Below are positions 9,772 to 19,849 of a stretch of 64,000 nucleotides of DNA, piece by piece. The stretch's first letter is position 1, and the number at the start of each line of letters is the position of its first letter. A program made the position numbers and the translations under genes. Under the pieces are notes generated by a model. The model saw only the letters and a list, made by a program, of their open reading frames with translations. It searched no databases and was not told the DNA's origin. The stretch covers positions 440,292 to 504,291 of the forward strand of contig NZ_JMCB01000005.1 of NCBI RefSeq assembly GCF_000737315.1, written 5' to 3'. The stretch is from Hyalangium minutum. Its GTDB lineage: Bacteria; Myxococcota; Myxococcia; Myxococcales; Myxococcaceae.

Positions 9772-11283
9772 ATGCAGTCCCCTCAACGTGTTGAAGACGT
9801 CTCCCCGTCCATGAGGGGTGCTGAGCCATCGAGCTTGGCCCATCCTGGAGTGGAGGCGCGAGGGCTGCCCCTGCCCACGCCCGCCTCGGCGTCGACGCGC
9901 GGCCGGCTGGCCCCGGGCTTCGCCGCGAAGCTGAACCTGTTGGTGGACTTGTTCCTGCTGGTGGGCGCGCTGCTGGGCTCCACGCTGCTGATGGGGCACA
10001 AGCTTCAGGTGAGCAACCTGGACCTGTGGCTGATGGTGGGCATGGCGGGGCTGGGTTGGCTGCTGCTGGGCACCGCGCTGTGCCTGTATGACCCGCGCTT
10101 CTCGGATCGGGCGCCGCTGGACGATTTGGCGCTGGTGTCCATCACCGTGGTGTCCATCACGGGCATGCTTTACCTGGAGCGCCTGCTGATCGCGGGCGGC
10201 TATCCGGTGGTGGCGCTGACGGGGTTCCCGTTGCTGCTGTGGGGCAGCGTGGTGGCGCTGCGGCAATTGGTGTTCCGGCGGCTCGCGGTGCGTGAGGAGC
10301 CGCTCGATGAGGCACTGGTGCTGGGCGTGGGCGCCATGGGCCGGCTCACGGGCGAGGATCTGATCCAGCGCGGCCGCCGTCACGTCATCGGCTACCTGGC
10401 CTTCAGCACCGAGCAGCTCTTGTCCGCGGTGCCCGGCCCGGTGCTGGGCAAGGTGGATCGCCTGGAGGAGGTGCTGTGCCAGGTGCCGGTCGACATTGTC
10501 TACATCTCGGGCAGCGTGCAGAAGCACGGCGCGGAGATGCAGTCGGCCATCAAGCTGTGCGAGCGCTTTGGCATCCCGTTCGCGCTGCCGGCGCACCCGT
10601 TCCGCATGGACCGGGCGCGTGCCCAGGACAGCCATGCGGTGTCCGACGGCTACCTGCACTTCGTCACGAACCAGCCTCGGCCGCACCAGATGGCCATCAA
10701 GCGCCTGTTCGACATCATCTCCTCGGCCGCGGCCCTGCTGGCGCTCTCGCCGCTGCTGGTGACGGTGGCGGCGGCGATCAAGCTCACCTCGCGTGGCCCC
10801 ATCTTCTTCAAGCAGAAGCGCGTCGGCCTGCACGGGAAGACGTTCGACATGCTCAAGTTCCGCTCCATGGTGGTCAACGCCGAGGAGCTGCGCGCCAAGC
10901 TCGAGGCGCTCAACGAGCAGAGCGGCCCCGTCTTCAAGATCAAGAACGACCCGCGGATCACTTCCATCGGCCGCTTCATCCGCAAGTACTCGATCGACGA
11001 GCTGCCTCAGCTGCTCAACGTGCTGCGCGGTGAGATGAGCGTGGTGGGCCCGCGTCCGCCGCTGCCCAAGGAGGTGGAGAAGTACGCCGCCTGGCAGCGC
11101 CGCCGCCTGTCCGTGCGTCCGGGCCTCACCTGCATCTGGCAGGTCTCCGGCCGCAACCAGATCTCCTTCGAGGAGTGGATGTACCTGGACATGCAGTACA
11201 TCGACAACTGGACCCTGCTGACGGACCTGAGCCTCATCGTCAAGACGGTTCCGGTGGTCCTCACCGGCAGCGGCGCCAGCTAG
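9772..11283 (+). CDS. Polyprenyl-phosphate glycosylphosphotransferase (WbaP/WcaJ/EpsZ-like priming sugar transferase)
   Basis: N-terminal TMs, Rossmann-like GVGAMG, IKRLFDI, KFRSMV, SIDELPQLLNVLRGEMSVVGPRP, RPGLTCIWQVSGR. Confidence 0.95.
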   Translation: MQSPQRVEDVSPSMRGAEPSSLAHPGVEARGLPLPTPASASTRGRLAPGFAAKLNLLVDLFLLVGALLGSTLLMGHKLQVSNLDLWLMVGMAGLGWLLLGTALCLYDPRFSDRAPLDDLALVSITVVSITGMLYLERLLIAGGYPVVALTGFPLLLWGSVVALRQLVFRRLAVREEPLDEALVLGVGAMGRLTGEDLIQRGRRHVIGYLAFSTEQLLSAVPGPVLGKVDRLEEVLCQVPVDIVYISGSVQKHGAEMQSAIKLCERFGIPFALPAHPFRMDRARAQDSHAVSDGYLHFVTNQPRPHQMAIKRLFDIISSAAALLALSPLLVTVAAAIKLTSRGPIFFKQKRVGLHGKTFDMLKFRSMVVNAEELRAKLEALNEQSGPVFKIKNDPRITSIGRFIRKYSIDELPQLLNVLRGEMSVVGPRPPLPKEVEKYAAWQRRRLSVRPGLTCIWQVSGRNQISFEEWMYLDMQYIDNWTLLTDLSLIVKTVPVVLTGSGAS

Positions 11284-11286
11284 GCC

Positions 11287-12204
11287 TCAGCGGACCCGGA
11301 TCATCCCCGTCATGCCCACCGCCGCGTAGAGCCCGTTGCTGTAGATGAAGTCTCCGGCCAGCGGGAAGGTGAAGTCCTTGCGGTCAGAGAAGAAGACGTA
11401 GGTGATGGGCGTGAACGGGGCGCCCGTGGAGATGCTCGCGGGCACCCCCGGCATCAGGCCGTAAGTCTGGAACGGGCCTTGGAAGGAGACCGTCTGGCCC
11501 GCCGCGATGCTCAAGCAGCGCGGGGAGTAGCGGTTCCCGAGCTCGTTCCCGAACCGCACCACGCGCTCCGCGCTGTCCGCGCTCGCGTCCACGAAGTCCT
11601 GTGGGGTGCAGCCCACCACCTCCGAGAAGTCCTCGGGCCCCGGCCGGGGCTCCGGCTCGCGGCAGGCCCCCTCGGGATCCAGCTTGCGGAGCTCTGGAGA
11701 CGTAAACCCATTCCGGATCGCGTATTTCTGCACGGCCCCGAGCCGGGTTACGTCGGAGGTACGGATCTCCACGTCCCAGTCGACCGAGGCCTCGAGCACG
11801 CCATTGCGCAGCGTGACCGTGCCCCCAGTCGTGTAGCCGATCTCCCGGCTCGCGCCGCCAATGCGGCTGTGGGTCGACTCACAGCGAGTCCCCGTCCGGA
11901 CCACACCCTGATCGGGCGTGGCGAAGTCCACGAGCAGGGTGCATTGGCCCTCCGGATCGATCATCAGCGCCCGCTCCGTTCCCCCGCATTCCACGAGCGC
12001 CATGCAGCGCTGCTCCTGGGGGAAGTCCTGTTCCACAGGCCCGCTGGAGGGGACGAAGAACTGCTCGTGGACATCTAAGGAGGCGCACCACACGGGGTGC
12101 TGGCCCTCCGAGGGAGTGGAAGGACATCCCCCCGACAGCATGGGGGCCAGTGCCCCCACCGCCGCCAGCAGCTTCATTCTCACGCTGCGCATGCCTGCTT
12201 TCAT
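11287..12204 (-). CDS. Lipoprotein with C-terminal cupredoxin-like domain
   Basis: Lipobox LSGGC; YSPRCLSIAAGQTVSF and GMTGMIRV resemble plastocyanin-like domains. Confidence 0.6.
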   Translation of the reverse strand: MKAGMRSVRMKLLAAVGALAPMLSGGCPSTPSEGQHPVWCASLDVHEQFFVPSSGPVEQDFPQEQRCMALVECGGTERALMIDPEGQCTLLVDFATPDQGVVRTGTRCESTHSRIGGASREIGYTTGGTVTLRNGVLEASVDWDVEIRTSDVTRLGAVQKYAIRNGFTSPELRKLDPEGACREPEPRPGPEDFSEVVGCTPQDFVDASADSAERVVRFGNELGNRYSPRCLSIAAGQTVSFQGPFQTYGLMPGVPASISTGAPFTPITYVFFSDRKDFTFPLAGDFIYSNGLYAAVGMTGMIRVR

Positions 12205-12259
12205 GCGCTCAGTGAAGCCCGGGTCTCAGCGCGGAGGCAAGCTGCCCCGGCCCTCGCGC

Positions 12260-13723
12260 TCACGAGGGGTTGACGCCCGCCACCAGGTAGAAGCGGATCT
12301 CCCCCGAGTTGACGCCGTACGCCACGTCCACGCCCACCAGCGGCAGCACCACGCTGCGCAGGAACAGGCGCAGGCCCAGCCCGAGCCCCTGGGCCACCGT
12401 GGCGCTGCCCACTCCGTCCTTCGAGTCCTCCAGGTAGCCCCGCACCACCCGGCCCGTCACGTCCCGCAGCTGCCGGTCCTCGGGGATGCTCCGCCACATC
12501 ATCACCCCGGTGTCCGAGAAGGCCACGCCCCGGAAGGACAGGGAGCGCACGGTGAAGAGCGGGAAGTGGTACTCGGCCGTGAAGGAGGTGCGGGTGTCGC
12601 CTCGGAACTGCCGGTAGATGAAGCCGCGCAGCGAGCTCGCGCCCGCCACGAACTCCTGGTGGAACGGCAGGTCCACGCCCAGGGACACCTCCCCGCGCAG
12701 CACCAGGTTGTGCTCCTCGAAGAAGCGCAGGCCGTGCCGGTACAGCAGTCCGAAGCGCTGGTAGCGGAACTGGCTCCCCACGCCCGGGTTCGACAGCTCC
12801 AGCGAGCCCTCGATGTTCAGGCCCTCCATCACGGCATGGAGGTTCTGCCGGGTATCAATTCCCATCATCAGCCGCAGCGAGGCGTCTCGCTGCACCGGGC
12901 CCGGCTCGAAGGCCGGCTCCGTCACCGGCGTGTCCTGGCTCGGATCCTGGGCATCGATGAGCATCAGCCGGTACTTCGCGCCCACGCGCACCCGCTCGGC
13001 GATCATCACCGACAGCTCGCTCGCGGCGGAGGCCGAGTTGAGCCGCGTGCGGCGCCGCACCTCGGGCACCTTGGCGCTCGCTCCCGGCTGGTACTCCTCC
13101 ACCCGGTCGCTGCGCAGCTGGCCCTCGAAGCTCAGCCGCAGCGGAGGAAAGCCAAACAGGTTCGGATCCAGGAAGCCCACGAAGAGGCCGCTCTCGGCCG
13201 TGCTCACCTGCACCGCCGCCGCGAACTTCTTGCTGCGGCCCCACAGGTTGCTCTCCGCGTACAGCACCCCGCCGCCGATGTTCGAGTTGGACACCGAGAA
13301 GGTGGGCGCTACCACCCATGAGGCCTTGTCCTGCACCTGGAGCACCACCCGCGCCCGGCCGTCGCCCGTGGGCTGTGTGCTGACGTGGACCTCCTGGAAG
13401 AGGCCCGTGGCCAGCAGCCGCCGCTCCACCCGCGTGAGCTCCTCCGGGGTGACGGTGTCTCCCGCATCCAGGCGCGAGTAGTCCTGCACCGTCTCGGGCC
13501 GTGTCTTTTCCGTGCCGAGCACCACGACCTCGCTTACTACCAGGGGGCTCCCGGTGGGCTCGGCCGGCGGGGGCAGGGAAGGGGACAGCTCGGGGGCAGC
13601 AGGGGCCTCGGGAGCGGGAGACGTGTCGGGAGCAGGGGGCGGTTCGGCCTCCTGGGCGCTCGCTCGTGGGGCCGCGAGGCTCAGCGTGACGGCCAGATAA
13701 AACCCTACCCATCCTCTGGTCAT
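12260..13723 (-). CDS. Omp85/BamA-TamA family outer membrane protein with one POTRA domain
   Basis: VSEVVVLGTEKTRPETV...RLLATGLFQEV POTRA; beta-barrel with SLRGF and EYHFP; terminal FYLVAG strand. Confidence 0.85.
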   Translation of the reverse strand: MTRGWVGFYLAVTLSLAAPRASAQEAEPPPAPDTSPAPEAPAAPELSPSLPPPAEPTGSPLVVSEVVVLGTEKTRPETVQDYSRLDAGDTVTPEELTRVERRLLATGLFQEVHVSTQPTGDGRARVVLQVQDKASWVVAPTFSVSNSNIGGGVLYAESNLWGRSKKFAAAVQVSTAESGLFVGFLDPNLFGFPPLRLSFEGQLRSDRVEEYQPGASAKVPEVRRRTRLNSASAASELSVMIAERVRVGAKYRLMLIDAQDPSQDTPVTEPAFEPGPVQRDASLRLMMGIDTRQNLHAVMEGLNIEGSLELSNPGVGSQFRYQRFGLLYRHGLRFFEEHNLVLRGEVSLGVDLPFHQEFVAGASSLRGFIYRQFRGDTRTSFTAEYHFPLFTVRSLSFRGVAFSDTGVMMWRSIPEDRQLRDVTGRVVRGYLEDSKDGVGSATVAQGLGLGLRLFLRSVVLPLVGVDVAYGVNSGEIRFYLVAGVNPS

Positions 13724-13770
13724 GGTGCCGGGGACGATAGACCGATTCGCAGCGCCTCGGGGGCCTTGGT

Positions 13771-15015
13771 ATGCAGTCAGGTATGACGGATGTGAACCAG
13801 CAGCTATTGGATGCCACCGTGGTCCCCCAGAAGAGTGTGACGGGGGATGCGGTGTCTGCTTCAGCCTCCACCAACGCCGCCCGGCGCAGCACGGTCCTCC
13901 CGCGGCTGGAGTGGACGGGTGACCGGCCCCGCATCGTTCCCTTCCAGCGCGAGCGCTTCGAGGAGCTTCGGGCCCTGGGGCAGGGCGGCATGGGCGAGGT
14001 GGTGCTGCTGAAGGACCACGACATCGAGCGCACCGTCGCCCTCAAGCGGCTGTCCGAGAGCCAGGACCTGGATCGGGTGCTGCGCTTCGTGGAGGAGATC
14101 CGCACCGTCGGGCAGCTGGACCACCCGAACATCGTCCCCGTGCATGACGTAGGGGTGGACGAGAGCGGCCGGTACTACTTCTTGATGAAGCACCTGCAGG
14201 GAGAGACGCTCGAGTCCATCATCACCCGGCTTCGGCAGGGAGACCGCGCCGCCCATGCGCAGTACCCCTTCCAGGCGCGGCTCCAGCTCTTCCTGGGCGT
14301 GCTGCACGCGCTGTCGTACGCGCACCGCAAGGGCTTCATCCACCGGGACCTCAAGCCCTCCAACATCATGGTGGGGCCCTTTGGCGAGGTGACGGTGATG
14401 GACTGGGGGCTCGCCCGGAAGTACCGCCGGCCCGGCGACGCGGGCTCCGCCGAGGACAAGGCCAGCGCTCCCAGTGCCCAGGGGCTACGGGAGTCGGCCT
14501 CGCTGCTGACCCAGGCGGGCGCCGTCATGGGCACGCCGCTCTACATGTCTCCCGAGCAGGCCCGGGGCGAGCACGACTCGCTGGATCCGCGCAGCGACAT
14601 CTACAGCCTGAGCGCGCTGCTCTACGAGTTCCTCTTCCTGCGGCACTACCTGGAGGGGCGCGAGTCGATGGCGGACATCCTCGAGGGCGTCAAGACGGTG
14701 ACTCCCTCGGTGGAGACGACCCCCGAGCATCCGGCGCAGACGCGCGTGCCCGCCGAGCTGTGCTGGTTCGTCATCCGGGGCCTCGCGAAGAATCCGGCGG
14801 AGCGCTACGCCTCCGTGGATGAGATGGTGGAGGAGCTCCAGAGCATCCAGAGCGGTCGAATCCATGTGATGTGCCAGCGCACCTTCATGAAGAGCGTGCT
14901 CCATCGGCTGTTGAGGAGCGTGGACCAGAACCCGAAGGTGGTCATGCTGGGTTCCGCGGCGGTAGCGGCGCTGATCCTCGCCGCCTTCGCTCAGGCCCTG
15001 CTGCGGCTGTTCTGA
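13771..15015 (+). CDS. Ser/Thr protein kinase with C-terminal TM helix
   Basis: LGQGGMGEV, VALK, HRDLKPSN, DWG, GTPLYMSPEQ. Confidence 0.95.
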   Translation: MQSGMTDVNQQLLDATVVPQKSVTGDAVSASASTNAARRSTVLPRLEWTGDRPRIVPFQRERFEELRALGQGGMGEVVLLKDHDIERTVALKRLSESQDLDRVLRFVEEIRTVGQLDHPNIVPVHDVGVDESGRYYFLMKHLQGETLESIITRLRQGDRAAHAQYPFQARLQLFLGVLHALSYAHRKGFIHRDLKPSNIMVGPFGEVTVMDWGLARKYRRPGDAGSAEDKASAPSAQGLRESASLLTQAGAVMGTPLYMSPEQARGEHDSLDPRSDIYSLSALLYEFLFLRHYLEGRESMADILEGVKTVTPSVETTPEHPAQTRVPAELCWFVIRGLAKNPAERYASVDEMVEELQSIQSGRIHVMCQRTFMKSVLHRLLRSVDQNPKVVMLGSAAVAALILAAFAQALLRLF

Positions 15016-15052
15016 GAGCCCCGGACTGAGCGCCCTCAGGCGGGGCGCTTGC

Positions 15053-16741
15053 TCACAGCGAGCCCACCAAGGCGCGCAGCTCCTCGTCTTCCGGGATGGG
15101 AGAGAGCGCGCCCCCCTGGAGCCCTCGGGAGCGTTGCTGCTCTCCGCCGAGCTGGAGTGACTCCGCCAGCAGCGAGCGCGCCTGATCGCGCTTGCCTTGC
15201 AGGAAGGCGATGTAGCCCGCATTCCACAGCGCCGTGGGGCCGCGGGGCTGACGCTCCAGCGAGGCGGCGATCTTCGCGCTCGCCCGCTCCAGGAATGCCA
15301 GCGCCTGGTCCCGCTTCTGTACCCAGCACCGCTTCGCCTCGAAGATGAGCACCACGCCCGCGTCGTTGAGGGCCTCGGCGACGCGCTCGCGCACGGAGGC
15401 TTCGGGCGCTCCGTGGTACCGGCGCGCGACCTCCTCGTAGGCCGCCAGGGACTCTTCGAGCCGGTTCAGCTTCCAGAGGATCTCTCCCTTGCAGGCGAGC
15501 CCCCGCGCGACCTCCTCGCGCACCTCCGGCTCGGTGTCGCCGCCATAGCGGCGGTCGAGCTCGTCGAAGGCGGCCACCTCCTCCTCGCGCCGATCCATCC
15601 GGCCGAGGAACACGGCCTTGTAGGCCAGAGACTTGGCCATCCGGGCGCGGACCAGGACGGGCTCGCTCGGGCCGCCGTAGCGCGGAATCATCGCCTCGTA
15701 GAAGGCGAGCGCCTCGGGCGTCTGCTTCAGGTTCCCCAGGACGACGCCCTTATAGAGGATGGCCTCGGCCACCGCGTCCCGCAGCGCGGGCTCGGACGCC
15801 TTGTCGAACCGGCGGAGCACCTCGTCGAAGACGGAGAGCATTTCCTCGGAGCGGTGCTGCTGCCGGAGCACCTCGGCCTTCGCCAGCAGCGCTTGGGCCA
15901 CTTTCTCGCGCGCTGCATGCTCCCGGGACTCGCTGTGGTCGCGGAGCACCTGCTCAACCGAGGCCAGCTCCACCTCCGCGCTCTTGAGCATCTCCAGGGT
16001 CCGGCCCAGGCCCTCTTGCGCCGCGGTCACCATGTCCCGGAGCCGGGCATCGCTGGCGCCGCGGAAGTGGTCCATCAGCGTCTCGTAGCAGGAGAGTGCC
16101 TCACGCGGGCGGTTCGAGAGCCGCAGGAAGATGGCCTTGCTCAGGAGCGCCAGGGCTGCGTGGTAGCGCAGCACCACGTCGCTCGCACCGGCGAAGCGGC
16201 GGAACACCTCGTCATAGAGGGGCAGCCCCTCGTCGAGCCGGTTCAGCTCACCCAGCGCATCGGCCTTGGCCAGGAGCGCTCCGGCCATCACCTGCGCCAG
16301 GCCCGCCTCGTCCGCGCCGTCGTGCCGCTGGAGCACCTCGTCGCAGAGGGGCACGGCCGCCTCGGACTGGCCGAGGTTCATCAGCGCGTGGGCCTTGTGG
16401 ATGAGCACCTTGGACGTCAGCTCTCGCAGCTTCGTATCGGTGGAAGCCGCGAAGAGCCGGAGCGCCTCGTTGCAGCTGGCCAGGGAGTCCTCGAAGCGCT
16501 CCAGCTGCCCGAGCGTGATGGCCTTGCCGATGAAGGCTCGGGCCACTTGGACTTGCACGGCCTGCGCGCTGGAGCTTCCAAACCGCTGGAACAGCTGGCC
16601 CATGAGGGCCAGGGCCTCCTCGTACTGACGCTGGTCCATGAGCGAGTGGGCGTTGTCGACGAGCGCCTGGGCGGCCTGCTCCGGGGCCTCCCCCATGCTC
16701 GCTTCGCCAGTCCTTCGGCTCACTTCGTTCTCGGCAGCCAT
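15053..16741 (-). CDS. Tetratricopeptide repeat protein
   Basis: GAGGAG RBS before ATG 16741; many helical repeats of type A.AL..K...L..L.R.EE.L..YDEV..RF. Confidence 0.85.
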   Translation of the reverse strand: MAAENEVSRRTGEASMGEAPEQAAQALVDNAHSLMDQRQYEEALALMGQLFQRFGSSSAQAVQVQVARAFIGKAITLGQLERFEDSLASCNEALRLFAASTDTKLRELTSKVLIHKAHALMNLGQSEAAVPLCDEVLQRHDGADEAGLAQVMAGALLAKADALGELNRLDEGLPLYDEVFRRFAGASDVVLRYHAALALLSKAIFLRLSNRPREALSCYETLMDHFRGASDARLRDMVTAAQEGLGRTLEMLKSAEVELASVEQVLRDHSESREHAAREKVAQALLAKAEVLRQQHRSEEMLSVFDEVLRRFDKASEPALRDAVAEAILYKGVVLGNLKQTPEALAFYEAMIPRYGGPSEPVLVRARMAKSLAYKAVFLGRMDRREEEVAAFDELDRRYGGDTEPEVREEVARGLACKGEILWKLNRLEESLAAYEEVARRYHGAPEASVRERVAEALNDAGVVLIFEAKRCWVQKRDQALAFLERASAKIAASLERQPRGPTALWNAGYIAFLQGKRDQARSLLAESLQLGGEQQRSRGLQGGALSPIPEDEELRALVGSL

Positions 16742-16897
16742 GGGCTCCTCGTCTTGCTGATGCCTTTGTCCTACTCCCCCTGGCCGTGTCCAGTGGAGCA
16801 TAGGACGGACTCAGCCGCTCATGCGACCCTTGTCGACTTGCCTTTCGGATGCGGAGCATCGAGAGTCCCGGCCCCGCGAGAATCCGCCCGAGCCTTG

Positions 16898-17977
16898 ATG
16901 CGACAGGACTCCGACCCCTCACCTCCCTCGCGTGGCCGCGTGTGGAGTGTCACCGTTGCGTCACTGCTGGGAGCGGCGCTGGCGGAGGGGCTCCACCTGC
17001 CCGCGGGGGCGTTGCTGGGAGGGATGTTGGTGGCGCTCGTGGGCTCCGTGTTCGCTTCCGTGCGCGTGCCCATTCCGAGAGCCCTGCAAATGGCCGCTCC
17101 AGCGGTGCTGGGGGCCGCTCTGTGCGCGGCCTTCCGGCCCTCTGCCTGGGCCGCGCTCGCCGAGCACTGGCCCATTGCTCTCCTCAACGTGGTGGCGGTG
17201 GTGGCCATCGCACAGGGGGTGGCGCTCGTCTTTGCCCGGTTGAGTGGCCTGGACGTCCGGACCGTCACCCTGGGCCTCATGCCGGGAGGGGCGTCGGCGA
17301 TGGTGGTGCTCAGCGAGGAGCTGGGCGCGGACTCACGCCTGGTGACGCTCTTCCAGTACGTGCGCCTGGGCGTCGTCATCCTCGTGGCGGGCGCGGTGGG
17401 CCGATGGGCCATTGATACGCCTCAGCTCCCGGTGGCCTCCGCCTCAGCGCTTCCCGGTGCGCCGCCTCCGGGGCTGGCGTGGGGCGTGACGCTGCTCGTG
17501 GCCGCCGTGGGGGGCTGGGGGGGCATGCGGCTGCGGCTGCCGGCGGGGGCTTTCCTCGGGCCGCTGCTGGTGGGGGTGCCGCTCACGGCGCTGGGCATTC
17601 CGGTGGGCGCGTTGCCGCCGGGACTGCTGGCGCTGTTGATGTGGGTGCTCGGCGTGCGCGTGGGCAGCCAGTTCGATGCCGAGGCCGTGTGGCGGCTGCG
17701 GCGCGTGGCGGTGGGAGCACTCGGGGGCGCGGTGGCGGTGGTGGGCGGCTGCGTGCTGCTGGCCTGGGCGTGGTCCTCGCTCGGAGGCGTGGACTTGCTC
17801 ACCACCTACTTCGCCACCTCACCTGGGGGAGCGGATACGATGCTGGCCATCGCGCTGGGGACGCATGCGAGCTTGCCGCTCGTACTCTCAGTCCAGGTGG
17901 GGCGACTACTGCTCGTCTTCTTCGTGGTCCCCATCCTCTTTCGGCGCCTGTCTCCGGGCCGCCGCAATCCTTTGTGA
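16898..17977 (+). CDS. AbrB family (duplicated) membrane protein
   Basis: Two repeats of LPAGALLGGM / LPAGAFLGPL, with MPGGASAM and SPGGADTM, QYVRL / QVGRL. Confidence 0.85.
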   Translation: MRQDSDPSPPSRGRVWSVTVASLLGAALAEGLHLPAGALLGGMLVALVGSVFASVRVPIPRALQMAAPAVLGAALCAAFRPSAWAALAEHWPIALLNVVAVVAIAQGVALVFARLSGLDVRTVTLGLMPGGASAMVVLSEELGADSRLVTLFQYVRLGVVILVAGAVGRWAIDTPQLPVASASALPGAPPPGLAWGVTLLVAAVGGWGGMRLRLPAGAFLGPLLVGVPLTALGIPVGALPPGLLALLMWVLGVRVGSQFDAEAVWRLRRVAVGALGGAVAVVGGCVLLAWAWSSLGGVDLLTTYFATSPGGADTMLAIALGTHASLPLVLSVQVGRLLLVFFVVPILFRRLSPGRRNPL

Positions 17978-18013
17978 TGTGATCCAAATCTTCCCCCCAC
18001 TAAAGTCCCGCGG

Positions 18014-19849
18014 ATGCACTGGCACTTGCTCTTGAAGAGCGCGGTCATGGGGGCCGTGCTGTTCGCGATGTCCGGACTCATCGGGGCCGACGCGCACGCC
18101 CAGCAATGCGGTCCCGAGACGCCTCCGCCGGTCAAGCCGCTCAATGACCAGATGAGCGACACGCGGCTTTTGCGGCGCATCGTGCTCGGGCTTACCGGGA
18201 CAACGCCGGCCATCGAGCAGTATGAGGCGATGGCGGCTGCGGCCACACCTGAGGCCCGCGAAGTGCTCCTGCGCTCGGCGCTGGATGACGCGCTCGCCTC
18301 GCCGAAGTTCTACGAGCGGATGCTGCGCTTCGGGCATGAGTGGCTCGCGGTGGGCGCGTACACCACCGGCGCTGCCGGCGACGCCTACCAGGGCGACATG
18401 TCCGGCCACCTCTTTGCCTGCCCCGCCAACAGCCTGCACCCGGGCGCGTACTACCACGTGAACGAGTTTGGGTCGGGGGACCCGGGCCTGCAGTGCAAGG
18501 ACCAGAACGGAGCCGGCAATCCCGCTGTGCCCGAGGTGCACACGGTGGAGCCCTGGTGGGCGCCGGGAACGACGGTCGAGGTGCTCGGCAAGGCCGGCTC
18601 CTCCGTCACCCAGGTCGTCGACGCCCAGGGGAAGACGCTCGACTGCGGCGTCGCCAGCGGCGGCTACTACGATCCCATGCTGTCCGCCGGGTGCGGCTGT
18701 GGACCGAATCTGGTGTGGTGCGCACCGCTCGTCGGACTGAACACCAGCAGCAACTTCAATCTCGGCGTTCAACGGCGCCATCCGTACGAGGAGCCCGCGC
18801 GCCTCTTCGCGCACCTCGCGTGGCACGATCGGCCGCTGTCGGACCTCGTCATCGGCAACTACTCCGTGGGAACCAACTGGTTGCGCGCGTTGTACGTGCG
18901 CTTCGGTCGGCAGCAGGGCAGCACCGCGCTGGACGCGAACACGACCTGGTGGCGCCCCGCCGCGGACAACGCACCTCGCGATCCGCTGCACCCGGCGCCG
19001 GATGATCCGCAGGCGTGGCGCGAGTTCGTGGTCGAAGAGCTGGAGCCCTTCCACCTCGCGCTGACCACCGATCGAGCGCGCTCCGGCAGTCTCGAGCGCA
19101 CCTACCGCTTCGATCCTCGCACTACGACCGAAGCCCCCCAGGGACTTCCCACCGCCGGGGTGCTCACCATGATGGGCGCGATGTCCTCGTTCCCGCGCGA
19201 GCGCGTCCGAGCCGCGCGCTTCCTGGAGATGTTCGCCTGTCAGAGCTTCTCGCCGCCCCCCTCGGACGTGCACTTCCCTCCATACGAGAGCGATCCTGCG
19301 ACCGGCGGAACGTGCCAGCACTGCCACAAGACGCTCGATCCCGCGGCGATCTCCTTCAAGCGGTGGGACTTCAGTCCGTTCCAGAGCTACTACGTCCCGT
19401 GGCCCTTCATCCCAGGCGTGGGCCGTCATCGCGTCACGAAAGAGTGGCTGTCCGGGCAGTACCCGCACACGGGCACCTCGCCGGGATACCGCTGGAGAAA
19501 CGCGTTCCTTCCCAACACCCTGTTGACCCCGGTCACCCCCGAGCAGATCAAGGCCAATCCGGAAGCGGTGCTGCTCGACACGATGCCCGAGTCATACACG
19601 CTGCTCGGTGAGCACGGCGACGGCACGATGGGCCCGCTCGGGTTCGGAAAGCTCCTCGTCCGCTCCGGTGAGTTCGACCGCTGTGCCTCGCGCAGGCTCT
19701 ACGCGATGTTCATCGGCCGCGAGCTGAATCCGGCCACCGAGAAGGGCTTCATCGACAAGCTCGCGAGGGAGTTCGTCGCACGCGACCGCAAGCTCCGTCC
19801 CTTCATCCGTTACCTCTTCGAACAGTCCGAGCTGCGGAGGGGCCTGTGA
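18014..19849 (+). CDS. Exported Cys-rich protein with c-type heme motif (DUF1585/1588-like)
   Basis: Signal peptide; RLLRRIVLGLTG, AGVLT...R.RAARF, CQHCHKTLDP. Confidence 0.7.
   Translation: MHWHLLLKSAVMGAVLFAMSGLIGADAHAQQCGPETPPPVKPLNDQMSDTRLLRRIVLGLTGTTPAIEQYEAMAAAATPEAREVLLRSALDDALASPKFYERMLRFGHEWLAVGAYTTGAAGDAYQGDMSGHLFACPANSLHPGAYYHVNEFGSGDPGLQCKDQNGAGNPAVPEVHTVEPWWAPGTTVEVLGKAGSSVTQVVDAQGKTLDCGVASGGYYDPMLSAGCGCGPNLVWCAPLVGLNTSSNFNLGVQRRHPYEEPARLFAHLAWHDRPLSDLVIGNYSVGTNWLRALYVRFGRQQGSTALDANTTWWRPAADNAPRDPLHPAPDDPQAWREFVVEELEPFHLALTTDRARSGSLERTYRFDPRTTTEAPQGLPTAGVLTMMGAMSSFPRERVRAARFLEMFACQSFSPPPSDVHFPPYESDPATGGTCQHCHKTLDPAAISFKRWDFSPFQSYYVPWPFIPGVGRHRVTKEWLSGQYPHTGTSPGYRWRNAFLPNTLLTPVTPEQIKANPEAVLLDTMPESYTLLGEHGDGTMGPLGFGKLLVRSGEFDRCASRRLYAMFIGRELNPATEKGFIDKLAREFVARDRKLRPFIRYLFEQSELRRGL

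Noticed and set aside
15197-16897. N-terminal part of the 926-aa plus-strand ORF
   Set aside because: Antisense shadow of the TPR gene in high-GC DNA; only the part from ATG 16898 is the real AbrB protein.
18018-18034. Possible sigma-54 promoter (TGGCAC...TTG)
   Set aside because: The -12 element does not fit the GG-N10-GC spacing, and the site lies inside the predicted coding start.
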